Origin: Planctomycetaceae bacterium
GTDB lineage: Bacteria > Planctomycetota > Planctomycetia > Pirellulales > UBA1268
Direction of reading: 5' to 3'
NCBI GenBank assembly: GCA_040376455.1
Contig: JBEIQP010000001.1
Location: 15 to 64,014, forward strand
Length of the DNA: 64,000 nucleotides
Within the stretch, counting starts at the first letter, position 1. Each line of letters starts with the position of its first letter. Made by a program: the position numbers and the translations under genes. Positions 48,801 through 57,863 of this stretch are shown one piece after another. Below the pieces are notes generated by a model that searched no databases, had not been told where the DNA came from, and saw only the letters and a program-made list of their open reading frames with translations.

Positions 48801-50006
48801 ATGGCCAAGAAGTCCGTCGCCGACATCGACCCCAGGGGAAAGACCGTGCTCGTCCGCGTGGACTTCAACGTCCCGCAGGATGACGCCGGGGCGATCACCG
48901 ATGACCGGCGGATTCGCATGGCCCTGCCGTCGATCCGCTCGATCCTCGACCGGGGCGGGAAGGCGATCCTCATGTCGCACCTGGGCCGGCCGTCCGGGAA
49001 GGGCTTCGAGGCGGCGTTCTCGCTCGCCCCGGTCGCCAAGCGGCTCGGCGAACTGCTCGGCGCGCCGGTCGTGCTCGCCGCCGACACCGGCGGCCCCGAC
49101 GCGCACGCGAAGGCCAAGGCGTTGCCGCCGGGCGGGGTGCTCGTGCTCGAGAACGTCCGGTTCAACAAGGGGGAGAAGAAGGGGGACGACCCGGCCTACG
49201 TCGAGGGGTTGGCGACCATCGCCGACGCCTACGTCAACGATGCCTTCGGCACCTGCCACCGCACGGAGGCGAGCATGTACGCGGTGCCCGCCGCCATGAA
49301 GGCGCTCGGCAAGGCGGCGGTGTCGGGCTTCCTCGTCGAAAAGGAGATCCAATACCTCGCCGATGCGATCGCCAAGCCGAAGCGGCCGTTCGTGGCGATC
49401 CTCGGCGGCAAGAAGGTGTCGGACAAGATCGCGGTGATCACCAACCTGCTCTCGATCTGCGACCACGTCCTGATCGGCGGCGCGATGGCCTACACGTTCG
49501 CCCTCGCCCAGGGAGGCAAGACGGGCAAATCGCTGGTGGAGCCGGACAAGGTCGAACTCGCCAAGCAACTGCTCGCCTCGGGGGGCTCGAAGCTGGTGCT
49601 GCCGGTCGATACCCACTGCGCCGACGATTTTTCAGCGGCGGCCAACAAGCAGGTGGTGAAGGCGGGGCAGATCCCCGACGGCTTCGAGGGGCTCGACATC
49701 GGTCCGGAGACGGCCCGGAAATACGTCGAGATCATCCGTGCCGCCGGCACGGTCGTCTGGAACGGCCCGATGGGCGTGTTTGAATTGCCGCCGTTCGACG
49801 CGGGCACCAAGGCCGTGGCCGACGCCGTGGCCGAGGCCACGACGAAGGGCGCGATCACGATCATCGGCGGCGGTGACTCCGCCGCCGCGGTCGAGCAGCT
49901 CGGCTACGCCGACCGCGTCAGCCACGTCTCGACCGGTGGCGGCGCCTCGCTCGAGATGCTCGAAGGCAAGGCCTTCGAGACCGTCGCGGTCCTCGACGAC
50001 AAATGA
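48801..50006 (+). CDS. pgk: Phosphoglycerate kinase
   Basis: AGGAG lies 6 nt upstream. [49 protein letters not shown]-like [23 protein letters not shown]. Confidence 0.95.
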   Translation: MAKKSVADIDPRGKTVLVRVDFNVPQDDAGAITDDRRIRMALPSIRSILDRGGKAILMSHLGRPSGKGFEAAFSLAPVAKRLGELLGAPVVLAADTGGPDAHAKAKALPPGGVLVLENVRFNKGEKKGDDPAYVEGLATIADAYVNDAFGTCHRTEASMYAVPAAMKALGKAAVSGFLVEKEIQYLADAIAKPKRPFVAILGGKKVSDKIAVITNLLSICDHVLIGGAMAYTFALAQGGKTGKSLVEPDKVELAKQLLASGGSKLVLPVDTHCADDFSAAANKQVVKAGQIPDGFEGLDIGPETARKYVEIIRAAGTVVWNGPMGVFELPPFDAGTKAVADAVAEATTKGAITIIGGGDSAAAVEQLGYADRVSHVSTGGGASLEMLEGKAFETVAVLDDK

Positions 50007-50014
50007 CCCCCGGC

Positions 50015-50037
50015 CGGCCGGGCTCAGAGCCCGGCCG
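50015..50037. terminator. GC-rich hairpin shared by convergent pgk and the acidic secreted protein gene
   Basis: 10-bp inverted repeat CGGCCGGGCT / AGCCCGGCCG with a 3-nt loop, lying between the two stop codons and overlapping them. No U-tract. Confidence 0.3.
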
Positions 50038-51346
50038 TATCGGTCGGCGACGCGGCTCCCGGCTCCCGCAGGGAGGCGAGCCGTGCGCCGGCCTCGTTCA
50101 CGAAAGCCCGGTCATGGTCGCTCAGCCGCTCGAGCGGCACGACCACCGTGCGGCCATCGGCCGTGCGGATCGTCGCGGCCTCGCGGTGCAGGCCGATCAG
50201 GCTGCCGACCGTGGCGTAGGCCCCGGAGGCGTCGATCCAGCGCCGCGGGCGACCGTGGCGCGTGTTGTCGAACGGCCCCGGCTCCGCCGCCGGCTCCTCG
50301 GTCCCGGCCGCAGGCTCCTCCACGGCGTCCCCCTCGCCCGGCTCCGCCGTCGGCGGCTCGCTGGGTTCGGTCGCCGGCTCCGCGTCGGCTGATTCGGTGT
50401 CGGTGAGTGGCTCCTCGGCGGGCTCCTCGGCAGCGTCGGCCGGCTCGTCCGCGGGCATCTCGACCGCTTCCTCGGCCGGCTCTCCGGGGGCCTTGTCGGC
50501 CTCCTCGAACAGGTTCTCCTCCTCGGCCTCTTCAACCGGGGCGGGGGCCTCGACCGCTGGCTCCTCGACCGACTCGCCCGGCAGCTCCGGTTGCGGCACC
50601 GGTTCGCCCGCTGGTTCGGTCGGTGCGGTGGTTGCGGGCGTGGCTTCGGGCTCTTGAGTCGCATCCGGAACCAACGGCTCGGCAGCAGGTGCGGCCGCCT
50701 CGTGGGCCGCAGCCGGTTCGACCGGCGTCGGCTCGACCGGCGTCGGCGTCGCGGCGGTTGCCGGCACGGTGTCCGGGGTCGGGATCAGTACGGGCTCGAT
50801 CGGCTTGGCGGCGGCCGCGGTGGGTTCGGGGGTGATGACGGACGCGGCCTCTTCCACGGGCAGGCCGTGAACCGTTTCCTCGGCCGGAACCGGCTCCGCA
50901 ACGGCGGCCTCGACCGGCTGGGTCGCATCGAGGATCGACTCGGAGGTCACCTCGACACCCACGGTCGGCTCCTCGGAGGTCACGATGGCGTCGGTGCCTT
51001 CGCCACAGCAGTCCACCTCTGGTCCGCAGGCAACCTCTTCGAAGGAGTGGACCTCGACGCCGGCGGACAACGCGGACGCATCGCAGGGCTGGCAGTCGGC
51101 GGCGACCGATCCTTCGTCGCCGCACACCTCCGCCACGACGACCTCGGTCGCCCAACCGTCATGCGGCCGGCCGCCATCCATCGGTTCGCAGGCGTGGGCG
51201 GGCCAGGCTGCGGACGCCGGCGCGCAGACGACGCGGGCCGCGTGTCGGCGGTGGCCGTGCCGCAGATACCAGCAGGCCTTCGCCGCGTCGGCCGTGAGGG
51301 AGAGGGAGAGCAGGGCCACGAGAACGGCGTGCAACGAGCGTCGCAA
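50024..51346 (-). CDS. Secreted, highly acidic Pro/Glu/Ala/Thr-rich low-complexity protein with a C-terminal SHD1-like domain
   Basis: C-terminus RRWIDASGAYATVGSLIGLHREAATIRTADGRTVVVPLERLSDHDRAFV (SLA1-homology-domain-1 pattern). The best start is an in-frame TTG giving signal MRRSLHAVLVALLSLSLTADAAKA. Its coordinate was derived from ORF-track arithmetic. Confidence 0.6.
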   Translation of the reverse strand: MRRSLHAVLVALLSLSLTADAAKACWYLRHGHRRHAARVVCAPASAAWPAHACEPMDGGRPHDGWATEVVVAEVCGDEGSVAADCQPCDASALSAGVEVHSFEEVACGPEVDCCGEGTDAIVTSEEPTVGVEVTSESILDATQPVEAAVAEPVPAEETVHGLPVEEAASVITPEPTAAAAKPIEPVLIPTPDTVPATAATPTPVEPTPVEPAAAHEAAAPAAEPLVPDATQEPEATPATTAPTEPAGEPVPQPELPGESVEEPAVEAPAPVEEAEEENLFEEADKAPGEPAEEAVEMPADEPADAAEEPAEEPLTDTESADAEPATEPSEPPTAEPGEGDAVEEPAAGTEEPAAEPGPFDNTRHGRPRRWIDASGAYATVGSLIGLHREAATIRTADGRTVVVPLERLSDHDRAFVNEAGARLASLREPGAASPTDTAGL

Positions 51347-51847
51347 GGGGCACCTCTGGAGCGATGGAGAACCGGGCTGATGACAGGGCGGCTGCGACCG
51401 CGTCGCCGGGGGAATCCGTCCCGGAGCCAGACCGCCGGCCCGTATGCTAATTTCGCCGGGAAGCCCGGGCAAATGACCGCGGAGCGGCGTTCCGCCCGCC
51501 GCAAAAAGAAAGGGCCGTAGCGGCTGCTGCCACCACGGCCCTTCATTGGAACGATCCTGCCGACCGCCTGCGAACGGGGTCGTTCACTGCGAGAATGATG
51601 CGGATCGGGCCGCGTGACGGTGTCACGGGGCCTTTCAGGGGATCCGGATCAACGCAAAGGGTTTGGCGCCTCCGACGGAATGCGGCGACAGGTCGAATTC
51701 CACTGAGAAGTGATTTCGGCCAGCCGGGCCGCCGGTCTGAAGCGCGGTTTCGCGCGGCCCTTGAAATCGCTACCTTCGTCGGCACCGGCAGGAGGGCCGG
51801 CGGCCTGGCCGCGGCCGATCCGCCTGCCGACCCGATGGGTTTTTGGG

Positions 51848-53140
51848 ATGCCGGAGCGACAACTGACGACGGCCGCCCACGGCCACGTCCTCACCCATGC
51901 CGCCGTGTGGTCGCCGGACTCCCGGTGGATCGTCTACGACACCCGCTCCACCCCCGACGGCGCGGTGTTCGACGGGACGAGGATCGAGCGGGTCGAGGTG
52001 GATACCGGCCGGGTCCACGTGCTCTACGAGTCCCGCCACGGCGCCTGTTGCGGCGTGGCGACGGCCAGCCCGGTCGACGACCGGGTGGTGTTCATTCTCG
52101 GGCCGGAGCCTCCCTCGATCGACTGGCAGTACGGCCCGGCCCACCGGCAGGGCGTGGTCGTGCGGGCTGCGGAGCCGGGGCGGATCGCCCGGCTCGACGC
52201 CCGGGATCTCGTGTCGCCGTTCACGCCCGGCGCGCTTCGCGGTGGCAGCCACGTGCACCTGTTCAACGCGGCGGGCACGCTCGTCAGTTTCACCTACGAG
52301 GATGCCGTGCTCGACACGCCGGCCGCCGGGAGCGGACCGCGGCAGCAGAATCGGCGCTGCGTGGGGGTGTGCCTGTGCGATCGCGGCGTCTCGGTGCCGG
52401 CGACGCATCCGCGCAACCACGACGGCACCGCCTTCACCGTGCTGGTCACGAAGCTCGCCGACGACCCGGTGCCGGGCAGCGACGAGATCGGGAAGGCTTT
52501 CGAGGAGGCGTGGATCGGCACGCAGGGCTACCTCCGCCCCGACGGCTCGCGGCAGCGGCACGCCCTCGCCTTCCAGGGCATGGTCGTCTCCGCCTCCGGC
52601 ACGACGCACAGCGAGGTGTTCGTGGTCGATCTTCCGGAGGATCCCGGCGCGCTCGTGCGGCCCGCGGGAGAGCCGCTCGCAGGCACGGTCGCCACGCGGC
52701 CCGCCCCGCCCGCCGGCGTCGTGCAGCGGCGGCTCACGTTCACGGCCGACCGCAGGCACCCGGGCCTCCAGGGGCCGCGGCATTGGCTGCGGTCGAGCCC
52801 CGACGGCTCCCGGATCGCTTGTTTGATGCGGGACGACGCCGGGGTCGTGCAGATCCACACCGTGAGCCCGAACGGCGGCGAGCCGGTCCAGCTCACCCGC
52901 GACCCGTTTGCGATCGGCAGCGGCTTCACCTGGAGCCCCGACGGCTCCCGGATCGCCTACGTCGCCGACGGCAGCGTGATGGTGGCAGACGTGGCGACCG
53001 GCCGCAGCACGCGGCTCACGGAGCGGGGGGCCGCGCCCCCCCGCCCCGAGGCCTGCGTGTTTTCGCCCGACGGCCGCCGGATCGCCTTCGTCCGCAGCGT
53101 GCCGTGGAATCAACTGTTCACGGTCACCGCGCCCGCGTAA
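51848..53140 (+). CDS. TolB-like beta-propeller protein (DUF3748-like)
   Basis: HAAVWSPDSRWIVYD, LRSSPDGSRIACL, FTWSPDGSRIAYV and VFSPDGRRIAFV repeats. The DUF3748 name is from memory. Confidence 0.65.
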   Translation: MPERQLTTAAHGHVLTHAAVWSPDSRWIVYDTRSTPDGAVFDGTRIERVEVDTGRVHVLYESRHGACCGVATASPVDDRVVFILGPEPPSIDWQYGPAHRQGVVVRAAEPGRIARLDARDLVSPFTPGALRGGSHVHLFNAAGTLVSFTYEDAVLDTPAAGSGPRQQNRRCVGVCLCDRGVSVPATHPRNHDGTAFTVLVTKLADDPVPGSDEIGKAFEEAWIGTQGYLRPDGSRQRHALAFQGMVVSASGTTHSEVFVVDLPEDPGALVRPAGEPLAGTVATRPAPPAGVVQRRLTFTADRRHPGLQGPRHWLRSSPDGSRIACLMRDDAGVVQIHTVSPNGGEPVQLTRDPFAIGSGFTWSPDGSRIAYVADGSVMVADVATGRSTRLTERGAAPPRPEACVFSPDGRRIAFVRSVPWNQLFTVTAPA

Positions 53141-53152
53141 AGCGGCCGCGGC

Positions 53153-56100
53153 TCAGGAGCATCCCATGCTGTTGCCACAGTTGTGGCAGAGGTAGCAGTT
53201 GCCGTTGCGGACGGTGATCGATCCGCAGTTGTCGCAGGCCGGTGCGTCGATCTGAAACTTGGCAAACTGGCTCTGCCGGTCGGCCGGGCTCGCGCTCGGA
53301 TCGACCGCCATCTTCAGCCCCGCCCGCTCGAGCAGCGCGGCCGATGTCGCGGCGGCAGCCTTGGCAGGGGCCTTCGTCCACACCGCCTGCGTGCCGTTGG
53401 CTCCGCCGGGATGCTTGCCGCGGCTCGTCGTCAGTTCGCCGTTCGTCTTGGCCTTTCCTTGACCATCGGCCAGCCCGCGCGCCGTCGTGGCGGCGGGCTT
53501 GCGCTCTGTTTCCGTGTCGTCGCCAGCAGCGGCCTCCCCGCCGCCGCCGTCTCCGCCGTAGCCGCCCGGCCTGTTCGCCTCGCGATAGCCCGGGATGAAC
53601 TCCGTCCCCATCCACCGGAAGAGATAGTCCACGAGGCTCTTCGCCACCGGCAGGTCGGGGTTCTTCGTATAGCCCCACGGCTCGAACCGCGTGTGCGAGA
53701 ACTTCTTCACGTAGACCTCGAGCGGCACGCCGTACTGCAGGCTCATCGACACGGCCGTGCCGAAGGCGTCCATCAGGCCGCCGATCGTGCTCCCCTCCTT
53801 CGCCATCGTGATGAACAGCTCACCCGGACGGCCGTCGTCGTACAGGCCGACGGTGATGTACCCCTCGTGGCCACCCACGTTGAACTTGTGGGTGACGCTC
53901 CGCCGCGTGTCCGGCAACCGCTCGCGCCGCGGGGCCGCCGTGACCTTGGCCGCCGTCTTGTCGGCTTCGGTGCCGGTGTTGAGCGGCTGGCTCTCCTTGG
54001 AGCCGTCGCGGTAGATCGCCAGGGCCTTGAGCCCCAGCCGCCAGCCCTCGATGTAGGCTCCGCCGATGTCGGCCGGAGTGGTCTCCCGCGGCATGTTGAC
54101 CGTCTTCGAGATGGCACCCGAGATGAACGGCTGGGCCGCCGCCATCATCTTCACGTGCGCCTCCCAGGCGATGCTGCGGACGCCGAGCCGGGGCTTGAAC
54201 GCACAGTCAAAGACCGAGAGGTGCTGGTCCTTGAGTCCGGGGGCGCCCTCGATCGTGTCGTTCTTGTCGATGTAGGAGAGGACTCCCTCGACGGTCGGCT
54301 CGTCGTAGCCCAGCGTCCGCAGGGCCAGCGGCACCGTCTGGTTCACGATCTTGAGCATGCCGCCGCCGGCGAGTTGCTTGTACTTCACCAGTGCGATGTC
54401 GGGTTCGATGCCGGTCGTGTCGCAGTCCATCAGGAAGGAGATCGTGCCGGTCGGCGCCAGCACGGTCGCCTGGGCGTTGCGGTAGCCGTGGCGGCGACCG
54501 CCGGCCAGCACGTCGTCCCAGACCTTCCGGGCGGCGTCGTGCAGATACTTCGGGCAGGAGGGATGGATCGTATCGACCGCGCTGCGGTGCATCTGCATGA
54601 CGTTGAGCATCGGCTCGCGGTTGACGGCGAAGCCCTCGAACGGACCGACCGCCGCGGCGAGTTCGGCGCTCGTGCGGTTGGCGGCTCCGTGGAGGATCGC
54701 GGTGATCGCGCCGCACAGACCGCGGCCGGCGTCGCTGTCGTAGGCCAGGCCGTCGGCCATCAGCAGGCTGCCGAGGTTCGAGTAGCCGAGGCCGAGCGGC
54801 CGGAAGAGGTGGCTGTTGCGGGCGATCCGCGGAGTCGGGTAACTGGCGTGATCGACGAGGATCTCCTGGGCGATGAAGAAGATCCGGCAGGCGGCGGCGA
54901 ACCGCTCGACGTCGAAGGCGCCGTCGGGCTTGCGGAACTTCATCAGGTTGATGCTGGCGAGGTTGCAGGCCGTGTCGTCGAGGAACATGTACTCGCTGCA
55001 CGGGTTGCTGGCGTTGATCCGGCCCGAGTTCGGGCAGGTGTGCCAGCGATTGATCGTCGTGTCGTACTGGACGCCGGGATCACCGCACTGCCAGGCGCAC
55101 TCGGCCATCCGGTTCATCACCTCGCGGGCCTTGAAGCTGGGGCCCGCCTTCGACGAATCGGTCACCCAGCGGGTGGTCCAGGTGTCGTCGCGGTTGACCG
55201 CCTCCATGAAGTCGTCGGTGAGCCGCACCGAGAGGTTGGCGTTCTGGAAGAGGATCGAGCTGTAGGCCTCGCCGTTGAAGTTGGAGTCGTAGCCCCCCTT
55301 CTCGATCAAGACGCGAGCCTTCTTCTCCTCCTTCGCCTTGCACTCGATGAATTCCATGATGTCGGGGTGGATGACCTTCAGCGACTGCATCTTCGCGGCC
55401 CGCCGGGTCTTGCCACCACTCTTCACGACCGCGGCCACCTGGTCGTACACCCGCATGAAAGAGAGCGGGCCGGAGGGCTTGCCGCCGCCGGCGAGCTTCT
55501 CGCGCTGGCTGCGAAGCGTGGAGAGGTCGGTGCCGGTGCCCGAGCCGAACTTGAAGAGCATCGCCTCGCTGCGGGCGAGGTCCATGATGTCTTCCATGTT
55601 GTCCTTGACGCTCTGGATGAAGCACGCGCTGCCCTGCGGGTATTCGTAGGGATTGTCGGGCATCACGACGTCGCGCTTGGCTTCGTCCCAACGCCAGTTG
55701 CAGGGCGCGCCCTTCACGCCGTACTGGTTGTAGAGGCCGACGTTGAACCAGACCGGGGAGTTGAAGGCGCCGTGCTGGTGTACGCAGAGCCAGGCGAGGT
55801 CGCGGTAGAAGTTCTCGCCATCCTGCCGGGTCTTGAAGTAGCCGTCGGCGACACCCCAGTCGGCGATCGTGCGGGCGACCCGGTGCACCAGCTGCTTGAC
55901 GGAGTGTTCCCGTTCGGGCGTGTGGATCTCACCATAGAAATACTTGCTGACGACGACATTGGTGGCCAACTGGCTCCAGGCAGCCGGAATCTCGCAGGCC
56001 GGCTGCTCGAACAGCACCTTGCCGTCTTCCCCCTTGATGGCCGCCGTGCGGAGCTCCCATTCGGTGGTGTCGAACGGGCTTTCCACCTCGGTCGGGCAGA

Positions 56101-56206
56101 ACGTGGCGCGGATTTCGATGGCCGTCCGCTCGGCGGGGGTCCCGGCGGCGGCCTGCGGCGCGGAGGGCGAGCCGGCGAGCGTGGCGGAGGCGTCGAAAAC
56201 GGCCAT
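53153..56206 (-). CDS. nrdJ: Class II (adenosylcobalamin-dependent) ribonucleotide reductase
   Basis: AGGAG lies 8 nt upstream of the ATG at 56206. VVSKYFYG, AFNSPVWFNVG, CFIQSV.DNM, GSGTG.DLS.LR, SNPCSEY and a C-terminal zinc ribbon CDNCGS...CHNCG. Confidence 0.92.
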   Translation of the reverse strand: MAVFDASATLAGSPSAPQAAAGTPAERTAIEIRATFCPTEVESPFDTTEWELRTAAIKGEDGKVLFEQPACEIPAAWSQLATNVVVSKYFYGEIHTPEREHSVKQLVHRVARTIADWGVADGYFKTRQDGENFYRDLAWLCVHQHGAFNSPVWFNVGLYNQYGVKGAPCNWRWDEAKRDVVMPDNPYEYPQGSACFIQSVKDNMEDIMDLARSEAMLFKFGSGTGTDLSTLRSQREKLAGGGKPSGPLSFMRVYDQVAAVVKSGGKTRRAAKMQSLKVIHPDIMEFIECKAKEEKKARVLIEKGGYDSNFNGEAYSSILFQNANLSVRLTDDFMEAVNRDDTWTTRWVTDSSKAGPSFKAREVMNRMAECAWQCGDPGVQYDTTINRWHTCPNSGRINASNPCSEYMFLDDTACNLASINLMKFRKPDGAFDVERFAAACRIFFIAQEILVDHASYPTPRIARNSHLFRPLGLGYSNLGSLLMADGLAYDSDAGRGLCGAITAILHGAANRTSAELAAAVGPFEGFAVNREPMLNVMQMHRSAVDTIHPSCPKYLHDAARKVWDDVLAGGRRHGYRNAQATVLAPTGTISFLMDCDTTGIEPDIALVKYKQLAGGGMLKIVNQTVPLALRTLGYDEPTVEGVLSYIDKNDTIEGAPGLKDQHLSVFDCAFKPRLGVRSIAWEAHVKMMAAAQPFISGAISKTVNMPRETTPADIGGAYIEGWRLGLKALAIYRDGSKESQPLNTGTEADKTAAKVTAAPRRERLPDTRRSVTHKFNVGGHEGYITVGLYDDGRPGELFITMAKEGSTIGGLMDAFGTAVSMSLQYGVPLEVYVKKFSHTRFEPWGYTKNPDLPVAKSLVDYLFRWMGTEFIPGYREANRPGGYGGDGGGGEAAAGDDTETERKPAATTARGLADGQGKAKTNGELTTSRGKHPGGANGTQAVWTKAPAKAAAATSAALLERAGLKMAVDPSASPADRQSQFAKFQIDAPACDNCGSITVRNGNCYLCHNCGNSMGCS

Positions 56207-56278
56207 GGTTGGGTGCTCCTTGCGGGATGGGTGCGGGAATCGGTTCGGGAACAAGCAGGAGGTGCGCGTCGGTGGTGA

Positions 56279-56306
56279 AGTATACTTTCGTATAGTATCG
56301 CTGCAA
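56279..56306 (-). promoter_or_regulatory. Sigma-70-like promoter candidate for nrdJ (TTGCAG-N16-TATACT)
   Basis: Read on the minus strand inside the only AT-rich patch upstream of nrdJ. It would give a leader of about 65 nt. It contains the perfect palindrome AAGTATACTT. Confidence 0.4.
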
Positions 56307-56710
56307 GCCACTATCGGCCGGCCAGGGGGTGTCAGATCAATCCTTCAGGCGGCCCAAAGCGGCGGGCAACCGGGGATTCGAGAAAGCAGCTCCGTCTGCG
56401 TGCTATCGCAAGATATTGTGGTGGTCATCCGGTTGACCACTGCCTGTGGGCCGGGGGGTGAATGTAGCGTGAGCGTTTGGTGAGTCAAGCGGCTTTTTCT
56501 CGGAGTGCAAAACCCCGTGTGAAATCGTGGTCGAGGCGGCCCGGGACGCCCGGTCGCCAGACTGGCGGCGATCCTCACGCAGGGGGGGTGGCCGGGGGCG
56601 GTTCGCCTTTTCGCTCCCCGAGGGCGACAATACCGCTGAACGCGAGGACCGTTCCCCCGATCGGAAACAGGACTCCGGCCGTTTCACCGCCTCCCGAGGA
56701 GACTCCGATC

Positions 56711-57268
56711 ATGACGCTCACGCCACTTTCGCATCGACCGCTCGACGGCATTCGCATCCTCCTGCTCGTGGGCGACGAGTACGAGGATCTCGAACTCTGG
56801 TACCCGAAGCTGCGGCTCGAGGAAGCCGGCGCCCATGTGACGCTCGCCGGGTCGATGCAGGGCCGCACCTACGCCGGAAAACACGGCTATCCCTGCACGA
56901 GCGACGCCGTCATCGGCGACATGGAAGCGGCTGATTTTCACGGCATCATCCTGCCGGGTGGCTGGATGCCCGACAAATTGCGGCGCGACGAGAAGGTGCT
57001 GGAACTCGTTCGCGAGTGCGCCGCCCAGGGAAAACTGGTGGCGGCGATCTGCCACGGCGGCTGGATCCCGATCTCGGCCGGCGTCTACCGCGGCGTGCGG
57101 GTGACGGGCAGTCCGGGGATCAAGGACGACCTGATGAACGCCGGGGCCATCTGGGAGGACACGCCGGTCGTGGTCGATCGGCACTTCGTGTCGAGCCGAA
57201 AACCGGCCGATCTGCCGGCATTCATGGCCGCGATCGTCGACGTGTTGGCGGGCGTCGCGGTGGTGTAG
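56711..57268 (+). CDS. DJ-1/PfpI family protein (intracellular protease/amidase type)
   Basis: RILLLVGDEYEDLELWYP, GIILPGG, and the nucleophile elbow AAICHGGW. Confidence 0.88.
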   Translation: MTLTPLSHRPLDGIRILLLVGDEYEDLELWYPKLRLEEAGAHVTLAGSMQGRTYAGKHGYPCTSDAVIGDMEAADFHGIILPGGWMPDKLRRDEKVLELVRECAAQGKLVAAICHGGWIPISAGVYRGVRVTGSPGIKDDLMNAGAIWEDTPVVVDRHFVSSRKPADLPAFMAAIVDVLAGVAVV

Positions 57269-57277
57269 ACTCGAGGG

Positions 57278-57820
57278 GTGAGCCGCGCCAGCCCTTCCAC
57301 GCTCGAGCCGATCAAGGCCATCGTCCGCGAGGCCGGCCTGCGGTGCACCGCCGCGCGGCTGGCGGTCATGCAGCACCTCGTGGACACGGTCGGGCCGAGG
57401 ACGCATGCCGAGGTGGCCGCGGCGTTGGCGAAGCGCGGATTTGACCGGGCCACCATCTATCGCAACCTGACCGAGCTCACCGAGGCGAAGCTCGTCGCGC
57501 GGGTGGAACTCGGCGACCACGTCTGGCGGTTCGAGGTGCGCCGGCCGCACGGTGCCGGCGGCGAGGATCATCCGCATTTTGTCTGCACGACGTGCGGCGA
57601 GGTGTCGTGCCTCGATGACGTCGATGTCGCCATCACGCCGAAGCCCGGCGCGGCGGGGCGGCGACCCGCCGGCAAGACGGCCGGCAAGACAGGCGGCAAG
57701 ACAGGCGGCAAGACAGGCGGCAAGACAGTTGCAGCGGCCCGCCGCGGCGGGCGGCCCGACGGCGGCGTTCGGTCGGTGACTGAAGTGCTGCTCAAGGGAG
57801 TCTGCGAGCAGTGCGGCTGA
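57278..57820 (+). CDS. Fur-family metalloregulator with a low-complexity insertion
   Basis: GTG start 9 nt after the DJ-1 gene. RCTAARLAVMQHL, ATIYRNLTELTEAKLV, HPHFVCTTCG ... GVCEQCG. An insertion of about 45 aa with AGKTAGKTGGKTGGKTGGKT lies between the two CxxC pairs. Confidence 0.85.
   Translation: MSRASPSTLEPIKAIVREAGLRCTAARLAVMQHLVDTVGPRTHAEVAAALAKRGFDRATIYRNLTELTEAKLVARVELGDHVWRFEVRRPHGAGGEDHPHFVCTTCGEVSCLDDVDVAITPKPGAAGRRPAGKTAGKTGGKTGGKTGGKTVAAARRGGRPDGGVRSVTEVLLKGVCEQCG
57671..57730 (+). repeat. 12-bp tandem repeat x5 (GGCAAGACAGGC consensus) inside the fur-like gene
   Basis: Read directly. It is in frame and encodes (GKTG/A)n. Confidence 0.9.
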
Positions 57821-57863
57821 CGGATTGTGCCGGCGGGCCTGCCGCGCGGCCGCGGGCCCGAGG

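Noticed and set aside
53183-56278. 1031-aa plus-strand ORF
   Set aside because: It is antisense to nrdJ, which has diagnostic class II RNR motifs, so it is a shadow ORF.
56312-56710. Possible cobalamin riboswitch or other riboswitch between nrdJ and the DJ-1 gene
   Set aside because: I looked for the B12-box and the GCCACUG / GGUG..AA..CC core in the correct order on both strands. I found only isolated partial matches (ACCACTG, GGTGAATG) in the wrong order. A B12 riboswitch is also not expected upstream of a B12-dependent RNR.
57671-57730. Tandem repeat considered as a CRISPR or mini-array
   Set aside because: The 12-bp units are contiguous with no spacers, in frame, and inside a Fur-like gene. 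It is a coding microsatellite, not a CRISPR.
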